From sequence record MN871445.1: DNA of 64,000 bases, one strand, 5' to 3'. The notes beneath the pieces were generated by a model. It was not told the origin of the DNA. It worked only from the letters and a program-made list of their open reading frames with translations, and made no database searches. The translations under genes were made by a program, and so were the position numbers. This document shows, in pieces, positions 43,714 through 52,750 of this stretch. Position 1 is the first letter of the stretch, and each line of letters starts with the position of its first letter.

Positions 43714-44157
43714 ATGCCAATTATGGTTTATGCTGGTTCGGTATTTGATGTACCCGCACAGACGGTCATCAATACGGTTAACTGTGTGGGGGTAATGGGA
43801 AAGGGGTTGGCTAAGGAATGTGCTATTCGTTTTCCAGAGATGGAATCAATCTATAAAGATAAATGTCGGCGTCGGGTGTTATCCCCAGGTAAGTTATACC
43901 TGTATACTGCCGGTACGCCGTGGATACTGAACTTCCCAACCAAAATACATTGGCGCAACCCTTCTCAGATAGAATGGATTGAATCTGGGTTAGCGACGTT
44001 ACGTAGGGTTTACCCACAAATGGGACTAACTTCGCTGAATGTTCCGCAGTTGGGTTGTGCTAACGGTGGGTTGGCATGGCCTGAGGTAAAAGACCTAATC
44101 TATCTATATCTAGATTTGCCTGATTTGCAAGTGAACATTTGTCTAAACAACCTTTAG
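43714..44157 (+). CDS. Stand-alone DarG-like macrodomain (ADP-ribosylhydrolase)
   Basis: VINTVNCVGVMGKGLA, ILNFPTKIHWRNPS, VPQLGCANGGLAW. Confidence 0.92.
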   Translation: MPIMVYAGSVFDVPAQTVINTVNCVGVMGKGLAKECAIRFPEMESIYKDKCRRRVLSPGKLYLYTAGTPWILNFPTKIHWRNPSQIEWIESGLATLRRVYPQMGLTSLNVPQLGCANGGLAWPEVKDLIYLYLDLPDLQVNICLNNL

Positions 44158-44165
44158 GGGCTGCA

Positions 44166-44726
44166 ATGAAAGAATATTTAGTTTACCGTGGAGAACATGG
44201 TTCTAAGGCAGTGCTGATGACACATCTGGGTTCGCTAACTTTTGTCGATGACCGCACTGTAGCTGAGCGTTACGCCAGGGTACCTAACCAACGGCAATAT
44301 TCCGGCCTCAAAGAGCCTAAACTCATCACCGCGAAGGTCACCATTAACCGACCTTTCATCAACACCCCTGATGATTCGTTTATCGAATTTAAAGCCATCC
44401 GGGCGCATTTAGGTCCAACCCACGCAATCAGAATCGCCCGTAAGTTTGCTGATAGTATCGTGGAGACGGATGCTTGGGCCGTATTAGCCAAGAAACGCCG
44501 AGTCAATACCTTGGATGAATATTTGGCGCTACCCGATGCGTCCACCCAGAAACTCTGTATGCAAGCATATCGGTATTTTGACGACCCTGAAGAAATAGAG
44601 GTGTTGGTGAAACATCATTTTGATGGGGCTATCTATCGAGGGTCTGGCGAAAGCATGGGCTGTGTTGAGTATCGTCCATTTAATCGAGACAGCATCATGG
44701 TGTTGGTAATATCTTCGGTGAGGTGA
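44166..44726 (+). CDS. Putative ADP-ribosyltransferase-fold protein (polyvalent-protein ART-like)
   Basis: VYRG, GSLTF....VAERYA, VTINRPF, FDGAIY, CVEYRPF; the longer frame (44139) overlaps the macrodomain gene. Confidence 0.6.
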   Translation: MKEYLVYRGEHGSKAVLMTHLGSLTFVDDRTVAERYARVPNQRQYSGLKEPKLITAKVTINRPFINTPDDSFIEFKAIRAHLGPTHAIRIARKFADSIVETDAWAVLAKKRRVNTLDEYLALPDASTQKLCMQAYRYFDDPEEIEVLVKHHFDGAIYRGSGESMGCVEYRPFNRDSIMVLVISSVR

Positions 44727-44728
44727 CC

Positions 44729-45187
44729 ATGTACGGTGTGATAGACGGTATCTTTGAAGGGGATACACTCAAAGCGCGGCTTTATGACGAAGATCATGAT
44801 CATGAGTTTTTCGATGTGTGCATCGTCACTAAAACGGACTTTTCTGAAAAAGACTGGAACGAGATTATGATTGCTCCTGAAGCCGGATTCATTTTTCTGA
44901 TAGTTAACAATAAATGCATATTGAGGAGAAAAAACATGACTACTGAAACTAAAACCACCGAGACCAAATACATCACACTTCCATCGGGAAAGACCGTATG
45001 TCTGGATAAGATTCTGGTCGTTAGTGAAGTAAAGAAAATAGAAGGCCTCTGCACTGAGTCTTATATTTTCCACATTCACTATAGCGGACAAACCTCACCG
45101 GTAGTGATGTCGTATGGCGATAATAAATACATCGCTAGTATGGACTGTGCCGCATTATCTCGTAAATTAACCGGAGAAAAAGAATAG
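44729..45187 (+). CDS. Hypothetical protein, family E copy 1, fused to a second domain with its own RBS/ATG at 44936
   Basis: YGVIDGI N-terminus like 45188 and 45580; GAGGAG-N7-ATG in frame at 44923-44938. Confidence 0.65.
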   Translation: MYGVIDGIFEGDTLKARLYDEDHDHEFFDVCIVTKTDFSEKDWNEIMIAPEAGFIFLIVNNKCILRRKNMTTETKTTETKYITLPSGKTVCLDKILVVSEVKKIEGLCTESYIFHIHYSGQTSPVVMSYGDNKYIASMDCAALSRKLTGEKE

Positions 45188-45583
45188 ATGAAATACTACG
45201 GGATTGTTAACGCGATAAATGACGGCATGGTCACATCCACCATCTATGATGCTTATAGTAATAAGCAGTACCGTTTTGAATGTCAGTTATCTCGGTTTAA
45301 AGACCCAACTCAGGTAATTCCCGGTTATTTGTTTGTGCGGAGAAGAACCGCTGAGGTAGATTATTTTGAGTGGTATTGGTCCTGGAGGGCACGGGAGCTG
45401 TACGCCCCAATCAAAGCCTGCGTCACAGTAAAACCGTTAGAAGACTACGTGATGACCAATGAAGTCATGGCGGAGATAGACGAATCCATCAAATCAGGGT
45501 TTGTGGAAATTCCAGAGAACATAAATACAGTGGAAGAAATGGATGCTTGGCTGACGGGACTTAATCTTGGGGACAGTAAATGA
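45188..45583 (+). CDS. Hypothetical protein, family E copy 2
   Basis: MKYYGIVNAI...PGYLF...YFEWYWSW. Confidence 0.72.
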   Translation: MKYYGIVNAINDGMVTSTIYDAYSNKQYRFECQLSRFKDPTQVIPGYLFVRRRTAEVDYFEWYWSWRARELYAPIKACVTVKPLEDYVMTNEVMAEIDESIKSGFVEIPENINTVEEMDAWLTGLNLGDSK

Positions 45584-45900
45584 GATATTACGGAATCATT
45601 GAAAGCATTCAAGGTGATGAATTCACTGCGGGTGTTTACTCCATATCTGGAGATAAGATCGTCGCATTTACGAGCAAACTGAGGGTTTTTAAAGGGGTGT
45701 TAGTTCCCAGGGTTGGTGCTGCATTTTGCCGAATAAATGGACTCACTGAAGATTATTATGAAGTCAGCCTATATTGGTCATGGTGGAACCAAAGAAAACT
45801 TGATACTACACCCAAAACCCCACTCCCCGATTGGTTACAAAAACACATGGTCGATATGGCGTTGGACGCGTATTTAAAAGATATCCCTAAAGGTCAATAA
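45580..45900 (+). CDS. Hypothetical protein, family E copy 3
   Basis: MRYYGIIESI...VGAAF...LYWSW. Confidence 0.72.
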   Translation: MRYYGIIESIQGDEFTAGVYSISGDKIVAFTSKLRVFKGVLVPRVGAAFCRINGLTEDYYEVSLYWSWWNQRKLDTTPKTPLPDWLQKHMVDMALDAYLKDIPKGQ

Positions 45901-46020
45901 TTACTACCCTACGCTATAATGCGATAAAAAGAAAAGTCGGCCCATGAGCCAGACAGCCGTACGTCTTCAGGACGCTAAACACTCAATAATAAATAGTCTA
46001 AACCCATGAGGATTACAAAT

Positions 46021-47205
46021 ATGTCATATGAAAGTCATTTCCTATCAGAAGCAAAACTGGCCTGCGTTGCCAAAGCAGACCAAGAGCTGGTCTTGAAGAT
46101 GCTGAAACCCATTTCAGATGAGGGGCATTCTGGCGGCAGTATGAGCATTTTTATCCAGTGGTTGGAAGACTGGGCTAATAACCCACAACCCATCACAGAT
46201 AAACGCAGTATGCTCTACCCCGTACAGGAATCGGTCAAAGGTTTGCCCTACGAGGATTTGAAACGGATTGCCGGGTACGTTTATAAGACTTGCGCCTTTG
46301 AACCACTTACTCCATTGACTGGGGTAGATAGTGAGTGGATAGATCATGGAGATGGCTACTATCAAAATCGCCGTTATTCTAAAGTATTTAAAGAAGGGAA
46401 AGACGCCACCCCATATTGCATTGACCGCGTGGTTTGGTGCTACCCTTACAATGATTTCTCTGGTTGGGGTGGGTGTACCCGCGGGGGTGGTTTAAGCTCT
46501 AAAGATATTACCTTCCCGTACGATCCAGCGGCTCCAGAAAATGCTACGGAATATAAATATTTCTTAGCGGATGACTGGCGTGAAGAACTTCCCGTAGAGA
46601 TACCACCAAAAGCATGGCTAAAATGGCAGCGTCAACGGTACCATGCCGGTACTGACCTCACCACGGGGAAACTGCGCCTGGGCGTCGTATGTTTGGGTGA
46701 TGTACGCCTTAACGAAATAATCATTGCCTACGCTGCAGTTAAAACACACATTGAGGTTACAGAAGGCCTCACTGTGGAACGCGCAATTCGTAAGCTTGGG
46801 TGGGTATGGGACTGCGACGATGAAACCTGGTTGGATTGTGGTTGTACCACCATAAAAACTGCGGATCTCGCTCAAAAGGTTATTTATCTACTAACGACAG
46901 AGCCGAAAGATATCGCTGGTTATGCGGTGCAACAAACTAAGATCCTGAAACCGGGGAAAATGTATCAACGATGGTCTCACTATCGGGATGATTATTTTGG
47001 GTGGATGCCGAACTCGGATAAACCTACCCCCATCTATGTGGAAAATGATAGAATTATCACCGGCGATCATGATGACTATTTGTTCCAACAACGTCGCAAA
47101 TATGGCTATGCACACCCCAAACGTAAAGAGCATACGCTTTCATCAGAGAACATAATAGCATGTTCTGGTGGCCTACCACCACTGGATGCTGCCGACCCGG
47201 CATAA
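46021..47205 (+). CDS. Conserved phage hypothetical protein (GHSG...PLTPLTG...YQN.R motif)
   Basis: EGHSGGS, FEPLTPLTGVDSEW, YQNRRYSKVFK. Confidence 0.75.
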   Translation: MSYESHFLSEAKLACVAKADQELVLKMLKPISDEGHSGGSMSIFIQWLEDWANNPQPITDKRSMLYPVQESVKGLPYEDLKRIAGYVYKTCAFEPLTPLTGVDSEWIDHGDGYYQNRRYSKVFKEGKDATPYCIDRVVWCYPYNDFSGWGGCTRGGGLSSKDITFPYDPAAPENATEYKYFLADDWREELPVEIPPKAWLKWQRQRYHAGTDLTTGKLRLGVVCLGDVRLNEIIIAYAAVKTHIEVTEGLTVERAIRKLGWVWDCDDETWLDCGCTTIKTADLAQKVIYLLTTEPKDIAGYAVQQTKILKPGKMYQRWSHYRDDYFGWMPNSDKPTPIYVENDRIITGDHDDYLFQQRRKYGYAHPKRKEHTLSSENIIACSGGLPPLDAADPA

Positions 47206-47218
47206 CAAATAACCCCAC

Positions 47219-47240
47219 AGGGAGGGCGATTGCCCTCCCT
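47219..47240. terminator. Hairpin
   Basis: AGGGAGGGC-GATT-GCCCTCCCT; CGGCATA 20 nt upstream. Confidence 0.65.
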
Positions 47241-47527
47241 CTATACCCTGGAGATAAATATCATGAATATTCGACAACGCCGTAAACGCATTGCCCGCTC
47301 ACGTAAAGTCGGAGGGTTCGTACTGGACTTTGACGACGGCACTACATTACAAGTTCCTATCTTCGATTCACGGATAGCCAAAGAAGGTTGTGATGTCGCC
47401 ATCGCAAAAGCGGTTAAATCTGCGTTACTGCTGGATGCGCTACGTAAAGGCGCAACAGGCATTATTGATGTGGAAGTAAACGTCCAAGGTAAGGACATCC
47501 AAATTGATTGGATAGGAGAAGTTTAAT

Positions 47528-48307
47528 ATGCCAGATGTGATTGCCCACCCAAATAAAGGCACTGTTGAAATCTCAGCTGATGTCTATGAAGCTTTACGTG
47601 CGTACCATCAGGGTCGGGTCTTAGTGCCCGAACGCTTGACCGACTATCGTAAACAAAATGGACTCAAAATTGGTGAATTCAGTCAGGCGATTGGGTACAG
47701 TTGTATATCGGCCATTGAGCGACATGGCACCCAACCCAGCTCCCCGGTGATGGACCGACTTCAGGTAGTTTACCCTAAAGCGAAGTTCGTGGTGGAACTC
47801 CCTGAACTCTCACCCCAAAAAAGACAAAACCCATGTATTGATGTTGATAAACTAGCACGACATTTGAAACGGAAATATCCCGGGTATAGTCGAAATGAAT
47901 TATGCGACATTACTGGCCTCGCCATGTCTCAGTTATTTAAAGTACTGGCTGGGAGCTACCGGGATTTTAAGCCGGCGACCGTTGGAACGGTATTCCGGAA
48001 CCTGGGGTTGGTACCTGAGCGTTATATTCTCGGGGTTATATTGCCCGAAAAAATGACGTCGGAGTATGCCGACATTCAGGAATCCGCAGCGAAAAAAGGA
48101 ATTACAATATTTCAGGAATTCACCACCACCGTGGATGGAGTGATGAATGACCTAACCACTGATTTGGGTCTCTCATCACAAATCATCCGATACTACCAGG
48201 CCGGTAAGTCTTTTCCTCTGCTGTCAAATTACTTGAAGATTTGTGAGTACTATGGATTACCTTTTTATTACTTCGAACAAGATTGGTTGAATTACAATTT
48301 GCGGTAA
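47528..48307 (+). CDS. Protein with three Cro/C1 (XRE) helix-turn-helix-like repeats
   Basis: YRKQNGLKIGEFSQAIG..ISAIER...P; YSRNELCDITGLAMSQLFKVLAG; LTTDLGLSSQIIRYYQAGKSFP...LKICEYYGL. Confidence 0.75.
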   Translation: MPDVIAHPNKGTVEISADVYEALRAYHQGRVLVPERLTDYRKQNGLKIGEFSQAIGYSCISAIERHGTQPSSPVMDRLQVVYPKAKFVVELPELSPQKRQNPCIDVDKLARHLKRKYPGYSRNELCDITGLAMSQLFKVLAGSYRDFKPATVGTVFRNLGLVPERYILGVILPEKMTSEYADIQESAAKKGITIFQEFTTTVDGVMNDLTTDLGLSSQIIRYYQAGKSFPLLSNYLKICEYYGLPFYYFEQDWLNYNLR

Positions 48308-48360
48308 CGGCATAGGAGGAGGCGAAAGCCTCCTCCAGTTATGTTGTCTTTTTTATTTTG
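48307..48360. repeat. Bidirectional terminator element, copy 2
   Basis: ACGGCATAGGAGGAGGC-GAAA-GCCTCCTCCAGTTATGTTGTCTTTTTTATTTT; differs from copy 1 only in the loop and T-run length. Confidence 0.9.
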
Positions 48361-49165
48361 GGAAAAAACCAATTACTTCCCGAACTTTTTCCCTGGACTT
48401 GGCCCCGATGCTACGTTGCACTTGAATCACCTCAAATTCCATGCCTTTGTATACTTCACGAGTCCCAACAGTATCAGACCCCGATACGATGACTTTATGG
48501 CCATCATTGGACAATTGACGCATACAGGACATAAGTTGTTCATGGTCTCTAAAAGAGAACCCACTAGATTCGTAGTTCGTGAAATTGGAAGTAGGATTCC
48601 ACGGGACGTAAGGTGGGTCACAATAAATAGTACTTCCCTGAGGGAATGTCTGTTTGGTCAAAATAGAATCAAACGCACCACATAAAAACCGAGTATCTGT
48701 TCTACGTATTTTATCGTGCATTTCTAATACTGCGGCTTTGGGGTAAAGCGGTTTGGTTCTACGGCCAAACGGAACATTAATTTCGTTTCGACGGTTATAC
48801 CGACATAACCCATTAAAGCCGTGTCGGTTTAAATACATGAACATGGCGGATTGAACAACCTTATCTTCGGTACGGGCATTGAACTTATCTTTAGTTTCCA
48901 GGTAAGTGTCAAGATTATTACCGGTGGCAAATAAAGGTTCGGCGCACGCCAGTAAATCATGCGGGTTCTCGTCGACAGTTTCATAGAAAGTGATTAAATC
49001 TTTATTGATGTCGGCTAGAATATAACTTGGATAATCCGTATTAAGAAATACCGCGGCACTCCCCACGAAAGGTTCTACCAGACAGGACACCTCACCAAAG
49101 TGGGGTTTTAATGCATAGACTATTTTGCTTTTACCGCCAGGCCATAATAACGGGGCTGTTTTCAT
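48353..49165 (-). CDS. dam: Dam-family (D12 class) DNA N6-adenine methyltransferase
   Basis: WPGGK, LVEPFVGSAAVF, ADIN.DLI, YLNRHGFNGLCRYN...NVPFG, IYCDPPY, FTNY. Confidence 0.95.
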   Translation of the reverse strand: MKTAPLLWPGGKSKIVYALKPHFGEVSCLVEPFVGSAAVFLNTDYPSYILADINKDLITFYETVDENPHDLLACAEPLFATGNNLDTYLETKDKFNARTEDKVVQSAMFMYLNRHGFNGLCRYNRRNEINVPFGRRTKPLYPKAAVLEMHDKIRRTDTRFLCGAFDSILTKQTFPQGSTIYCDPPYVPWNPTSNFTNYESSGFSFRDHEQLMSCMRQLSNDGHKVIVSGSDTVGTREVYKGMEFEVIQVQRSIGAKSREKVREVIGFFPK

Positions 49166-49191
49166 TCTATCATCCTAATATTTTTAAGGAA

Positions 49192-49206
49192 TATATTACT
49201 TTGGTG
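49192..49206 (+). promoter_or_regulatory. Early promoter box TATATTAC(TTTGGTG)
   Basis: Exact motif 27 nt from the dam start, divergent to it. Confidence 0.72.
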
Positions 49207-49246
49207 AATGTACTATATACGATCCATCTATTGAGGGTAAAATAAA

Positions 49247-49825
49247 ATGACTGCAACTAAAGTATTTGACGATATTTATCTGGTTCGGGACTATAATGAA
49301 TTTGTGGCATTAGCTGAACAATTAAGCGTACATGTCGCATATCACCGGAATACCAATATAAGTGGGTACCCGGCGTTGGTAGATACCCGCGGTACCTGGG
49401 AAATCAAATCTCTCGGTGACGTAGTTGCAACACAAAACGTAGACGCCGAACCTACTCCAAACAACATTCAAACCACCCCCGTAGTATTGGAGGTAGGCGG
49501 GGGCTTGTTAGAAGGGGGGCGTTTGTTAACGCAAGCACTTCCGGCCGGACACCATGTTGTTGGGGTTGACATAACCGGGGTTGCTTCCGTGGGGGTTCCA
49601 ACCAAACTTCCGATCAAGTGTCTTATCACAACAGAAAACGAAGGTACTGCGGTGATGTCAGCAGTACGTGATATTCCGTGTGAAGACGGTGATTTCATGC
49701 CATTGTGGTTTAAGGCCACTTATGCCAATGGTCGGTTCAAAGCAGCCAAACTCATGCATAGCGATTCTAATGGACATACATTCCGTTCCGTTACGCTGGC
49801 CATTCACACCTATAAACCGTTTTAA
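49247..49825 (+). CDS. Hypothetical protein
   Basis: GAGGG SD; 192-aa ORF. Confidence 0.7.
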   Translation: MTATKVFDDIYLVRDYNEFVALAEQLSVHVAYHRNTNISGYPALVDTRGTWEIKSLGDVVATQNVDAEPTPNNIQTTPVVLEVGGGLLEGGRLLTQALPAGHHVVGVDITGVASVGVPTKLPIKCLITTENEGTAVMSAVRDIPCEDGDFMPLWFKATYANGRFKAAKLMHSDSNGHTFRSVTLAIHTYKPF

Positions 49826-49860
49826 CTGACAGCTCACCCCATAAGCCTAGGACAATTATC

Positions 49861-51087
49861 ATGACCACCAAATCCAAATTCAGTCGATTTCTGATGCGCT
49901 CTATTTCCTGCGGTATCACTAACCAGCTCGGCAATAAAGTTTTATACCGTATCAATCTCAAAACCGACCTCGCAGCTTTATTTCTGGAATCCATCCCCGA
50001 CGATAATTTACGTGATGTATGTAAATGTACCCGCTGCTTAGATAACTTACGTCAGTGGGGTAATACGGCGTATTTTGATGAAAGCCGTGGTACGTATAAC
50101 AGTGTCTTCTTCGATTACACCGGGGATTCCGCCGGGTACATGGATCTGCCGGATGATGAATTCTGGCCCTTTGTTAAAACGCTGCACAAACTACTAAACC
50201 ACGACCCTGAAGTGACTGAGGTCATAGCTGCCCAGGTCGGCAGTAAGCCCACTTTAAATAACGTTGGGTATGAGCATTTTCACATTAAACCAACGGATGG
50301 TTGGAAAGACTGCGTACGGCGCCCGGATATGCCCCGTGTATTGAACATTCAATCGCGGTGGTTTAGTAAGTGGGGTAATAATGACTCACTCATCCGAGAA
50401 GCTTCTGATGTGATGGTCAAGGTAACTGAAGAACTGAAAAAACGTACGGATATGCAAACAGCCGCGGTCCGTCTTTTGCGGCAATTTACTGGGTTTGAAT
50501 CTATTTGGCGTAACCAGCAATTTGTCCGCACCAAAGCCATGTCCGATGGTTCGGATTCGATGATGCTTCCGGTCAAGTATGCATTACATTACACGTATAC
50601 TGAACATCGTTCACCCTACATTCTCAGTATTTTGGATTCTCTTTATTCAGACCCCGAGGGTAAATATCGTGAAGGCTTGGTTGAAAGGACGGTAAACCGG
50701 ATTTTAATGGACGTTGAAGCCAACAAAGCTAAAGATGCCGAAGAACATATTGCCCACCATCAAGCTATGTTTGATGAATGGGTAGTGTGGTTGGCGGCGG
50801 CTAAATTATCGGCTCCAACACCGAATGGCTTCGCTAAGTTAATTACCATCATGGCTGACCTGGATTCCATAGAAGAGGAATCTTTGCCGCTGGTTCAAGA
50901 AGCATTTGATGGTTTCGAGATCGGCGAGATTGAAACCATGCCGGATTCTCTCCGCAACTCTGCTGCGATTCGATGGATGTTGAGTGAAAACTATTTAAGT
51001 TCAACATTTAAACCGGGGTTGCAACCGGCGTTTACTTTAACCGAAAACGGCGTTCTTGCAAAACACCTGTTGGCCGCAAAGAAATAA
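49861..51087 (+). CDS. Hypothetical protein, family F copy 1 (CxCxxC + HFH)
   Basis: CKCTRC...WG...S.FFD and GYEHFH. Confidence 0.75.
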   Translation: MTTKSKFSRFLMRSISCGITNQLGNKVLYRINLKTDLAALFLESIPDDNLRDVCKCTRCLDNLRQWGNTAYFDESRGTYNSVFFDYTGDSAGYMDLPDDEFWPFVKTLHKLLNHDPEVTEVIAAQVGSKPTLNNVGYEHFHIKPTDGWKDCVRRPDMPRVLNIQSRWFSKWGNNDSLIREASDVMVKVTEELKKRTDMQTAAVRLLRQFTGFESIWRNQQFVRTKAMSDGSDSMMLPVKYALHYTYTEHRSPYILSILDSLYSDPEGKYREGLVERTVNRILMDVEANKAKDAEEHIAHHQAMFDEWVVWLAAAKLSAPTPNGFAKLITIMADLDSIEEESLPLVQEAFDGFEIGEIETMPDSLRNSAAIRWMLSENYLSSTFKPGLQPAFTLTENGVLAKHLLAAKK

Positions 51088-51153
51088 ATTACAGTCGGTG
51101 GTCAGTTTATGACCACCGTTTTAATAAAACAACCACAAAGTAAGGATTCAACA

Positions 51154-52749
51154 ATGAATGTTACTGTAGCCTTGGATTATTCCAAACTGTTAGAACACGT
51201 AAAAGCAACCGCCGCCAAAAATCTCACGGATCAATCCGTGGCGTTATTCGCGACCGCCCCCGAAACCAAACTGTATCAGACCTACCTCGATGCGTTTGAA
51301 GACGCCGATCGTCAATCCCACACCTGCAACACCTGCGCTGGGTTCTTTCGCAAATACGGCGGCCTGGTAGCCATCAACCCGGTTACTGGTGAACAAGCAT
51401 CGGTGCTATGGGACGAAACTGATGCACCTGAAGGGTACGCCACCATCATCACGGCACTTCGTTGTGCGGTGGAAGGGGCCCCGGTGTCTTACCCGTTCTT
51501 CACTGATCGTATCGCGCTGGGCGATGAAGAGAAAGGTGGTTTTGGCCACTTCCATTTCGACGCGCCGCTGACGGTTGTCAAAGACAGCGATTTCGACGCA
51601 CGGAAAGCCTTGGCTGAAGCCATTGAAAATCGTGGCCTGTTTAAGCGCAGTCTGGGTCTTTTCAAAAACAGTTCACTGCAGCAGTTACTGCATAAGTTCA
51701 CCTATGACGCGGCATTACGTCACCTGGAAGCCGAGCGGGAACGCGTAGAAGCCTTCACCGAATTTCTGGCATTCATCCGAAGCACCCCCAATCGTAAAGC
51801 TCAGGAAAACCTCATCTGGTTGAAAGCGGCGACCGACCATGGGTACATCACCGGTTTCAAAAACGATCTTATCGGCCAGCTGGCGATAGATTTCAGTGAA
51901 GGTGACTCGAACGCGGTTTCTCAATACCTCCACCGCCGTAAGGGTGAAAACTACATGCGCCCTAAAGCGGAAGTTGACGATAACCAACTGGACGTGGCTC
52001 AGAAGCTGATCGTGGACCTAAACCTTCAGACGGCTTTGCAACGTAAAGTCGTTACCGCCGACGAAATTCCAGATACTGCCATTATCTGGACTGCATCTCC
52101 AGAAACCGAAACTCCGACGGATACCACCGATCTATTTAGTGAGTTGCGGACCAACCAAAAGGCACCGGATACGGCACCTACGGTTATGGGACCTCAGGAT
52201 TGGGGTACCGTAATGCGTGATCTACTACCTAAAGCAACGAAAATTCGTTACTTTGTCCCTCAACAGGTAGTCCTCGGCGGGATGATAACTGCAGAAGTGG
52301 AATCTTCTGAGCCAATCATTAAATGGGATACTCCGGAACACCGTAACCCAGTGTCCCCATGGGGACACATCGATCGCAGTTTGCCGCACGTTTATGGCCT
52401 GAATAACGGGTGGACCGACGTGGCATGTATTACCCGGCAGGTAGATGCTTGGGGTACACCGGATGTTGAACCTACTTCTGTGTTCCTGCATTTACCTAAA
52501 GCACACATCACCGAAGAACAGCACGCCCCAGGCCTGGGGTTGTTCCCCGAAATTCTCCGTTCTGAACTATACCCCATTCGCGCTGTGATGGAACGTTATT
52601 CCAACTCCAAACGGGCCGCGGGTTGGGAGCACAGTGCATTATTTGCATTTTGGCATAAAGGGTTCAATCTGGCTAACGGCGCCGTAGCCCGTCTGTGGAT
52701 GACACTGCCGACAGGCGATGTCGTCGTTGATATTTCTCGCTGGGAATAA
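51154..52749 (+). CDS. Hypothetical protein, family F copy 2 (HxCxxC + HFH)
   Basis: HTCNTC...YG...SVLWD and GFGHFH; AAGGA SD. Confidence 0.8.
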   Translation: MNVTVALDYSKLLEHVKATAAKNLTDQSVALFATAPETKLYQTYLDAFEDADRQSHTCNTCAGFFRKYGGLVAINPVTGEQASVLWDETDAPEGYATIITALRCAVEGAPVSYPFFTDRIALGDEEKGGFGHFHFDAPLTVVKDSDFDARKALAEAIENRGLFKRSLGLFKNSSLQQLLHKFTYDAALRHLEAERERVEAFTEFLAFIRSTPNRKAQENLIWLKAATDHGYITGFKNDLIGQLAIDFSEGDSNAVSQYLHRRKGENYMRPKAEVDDNQLDVAQKLIVDLNLQTALQRKVVTADEIPDTAIIWTASPETETPTDTTDLFSELRTNQKAPDTAPTVMGPQDWGTVMRDLLPKATKIRYFVPQQVVLGGMITAEVESSEPIIKWDTPEHRNPVSPWGHIDRSLPHVYGLNNGWTDVACITRQVDAWGTPDVEPTSVFLHLPKAHITEEQHAPGLGLFPEILRSELYPIRAVMERYSNSKRAAGWEHSALFAFWHKGFNLANGAVARLWMTLPTGDVVVDISRWE

Positions 52750-52750
52750 C

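Noticed and set aside
44936-44970. TTETKTTETK and the acidic tail at 5930-6039 as repeat elements
   Set aside because: Short low-complexity protein stretches, not DNA repeat arrays
46004-46023. CATGAGGATTAC matches part of the MS2 coat-protein operator
   Set aside because: The 3' arm needed for the stem is absent; the match is explained by a GAGGA Shine-Dalgarno
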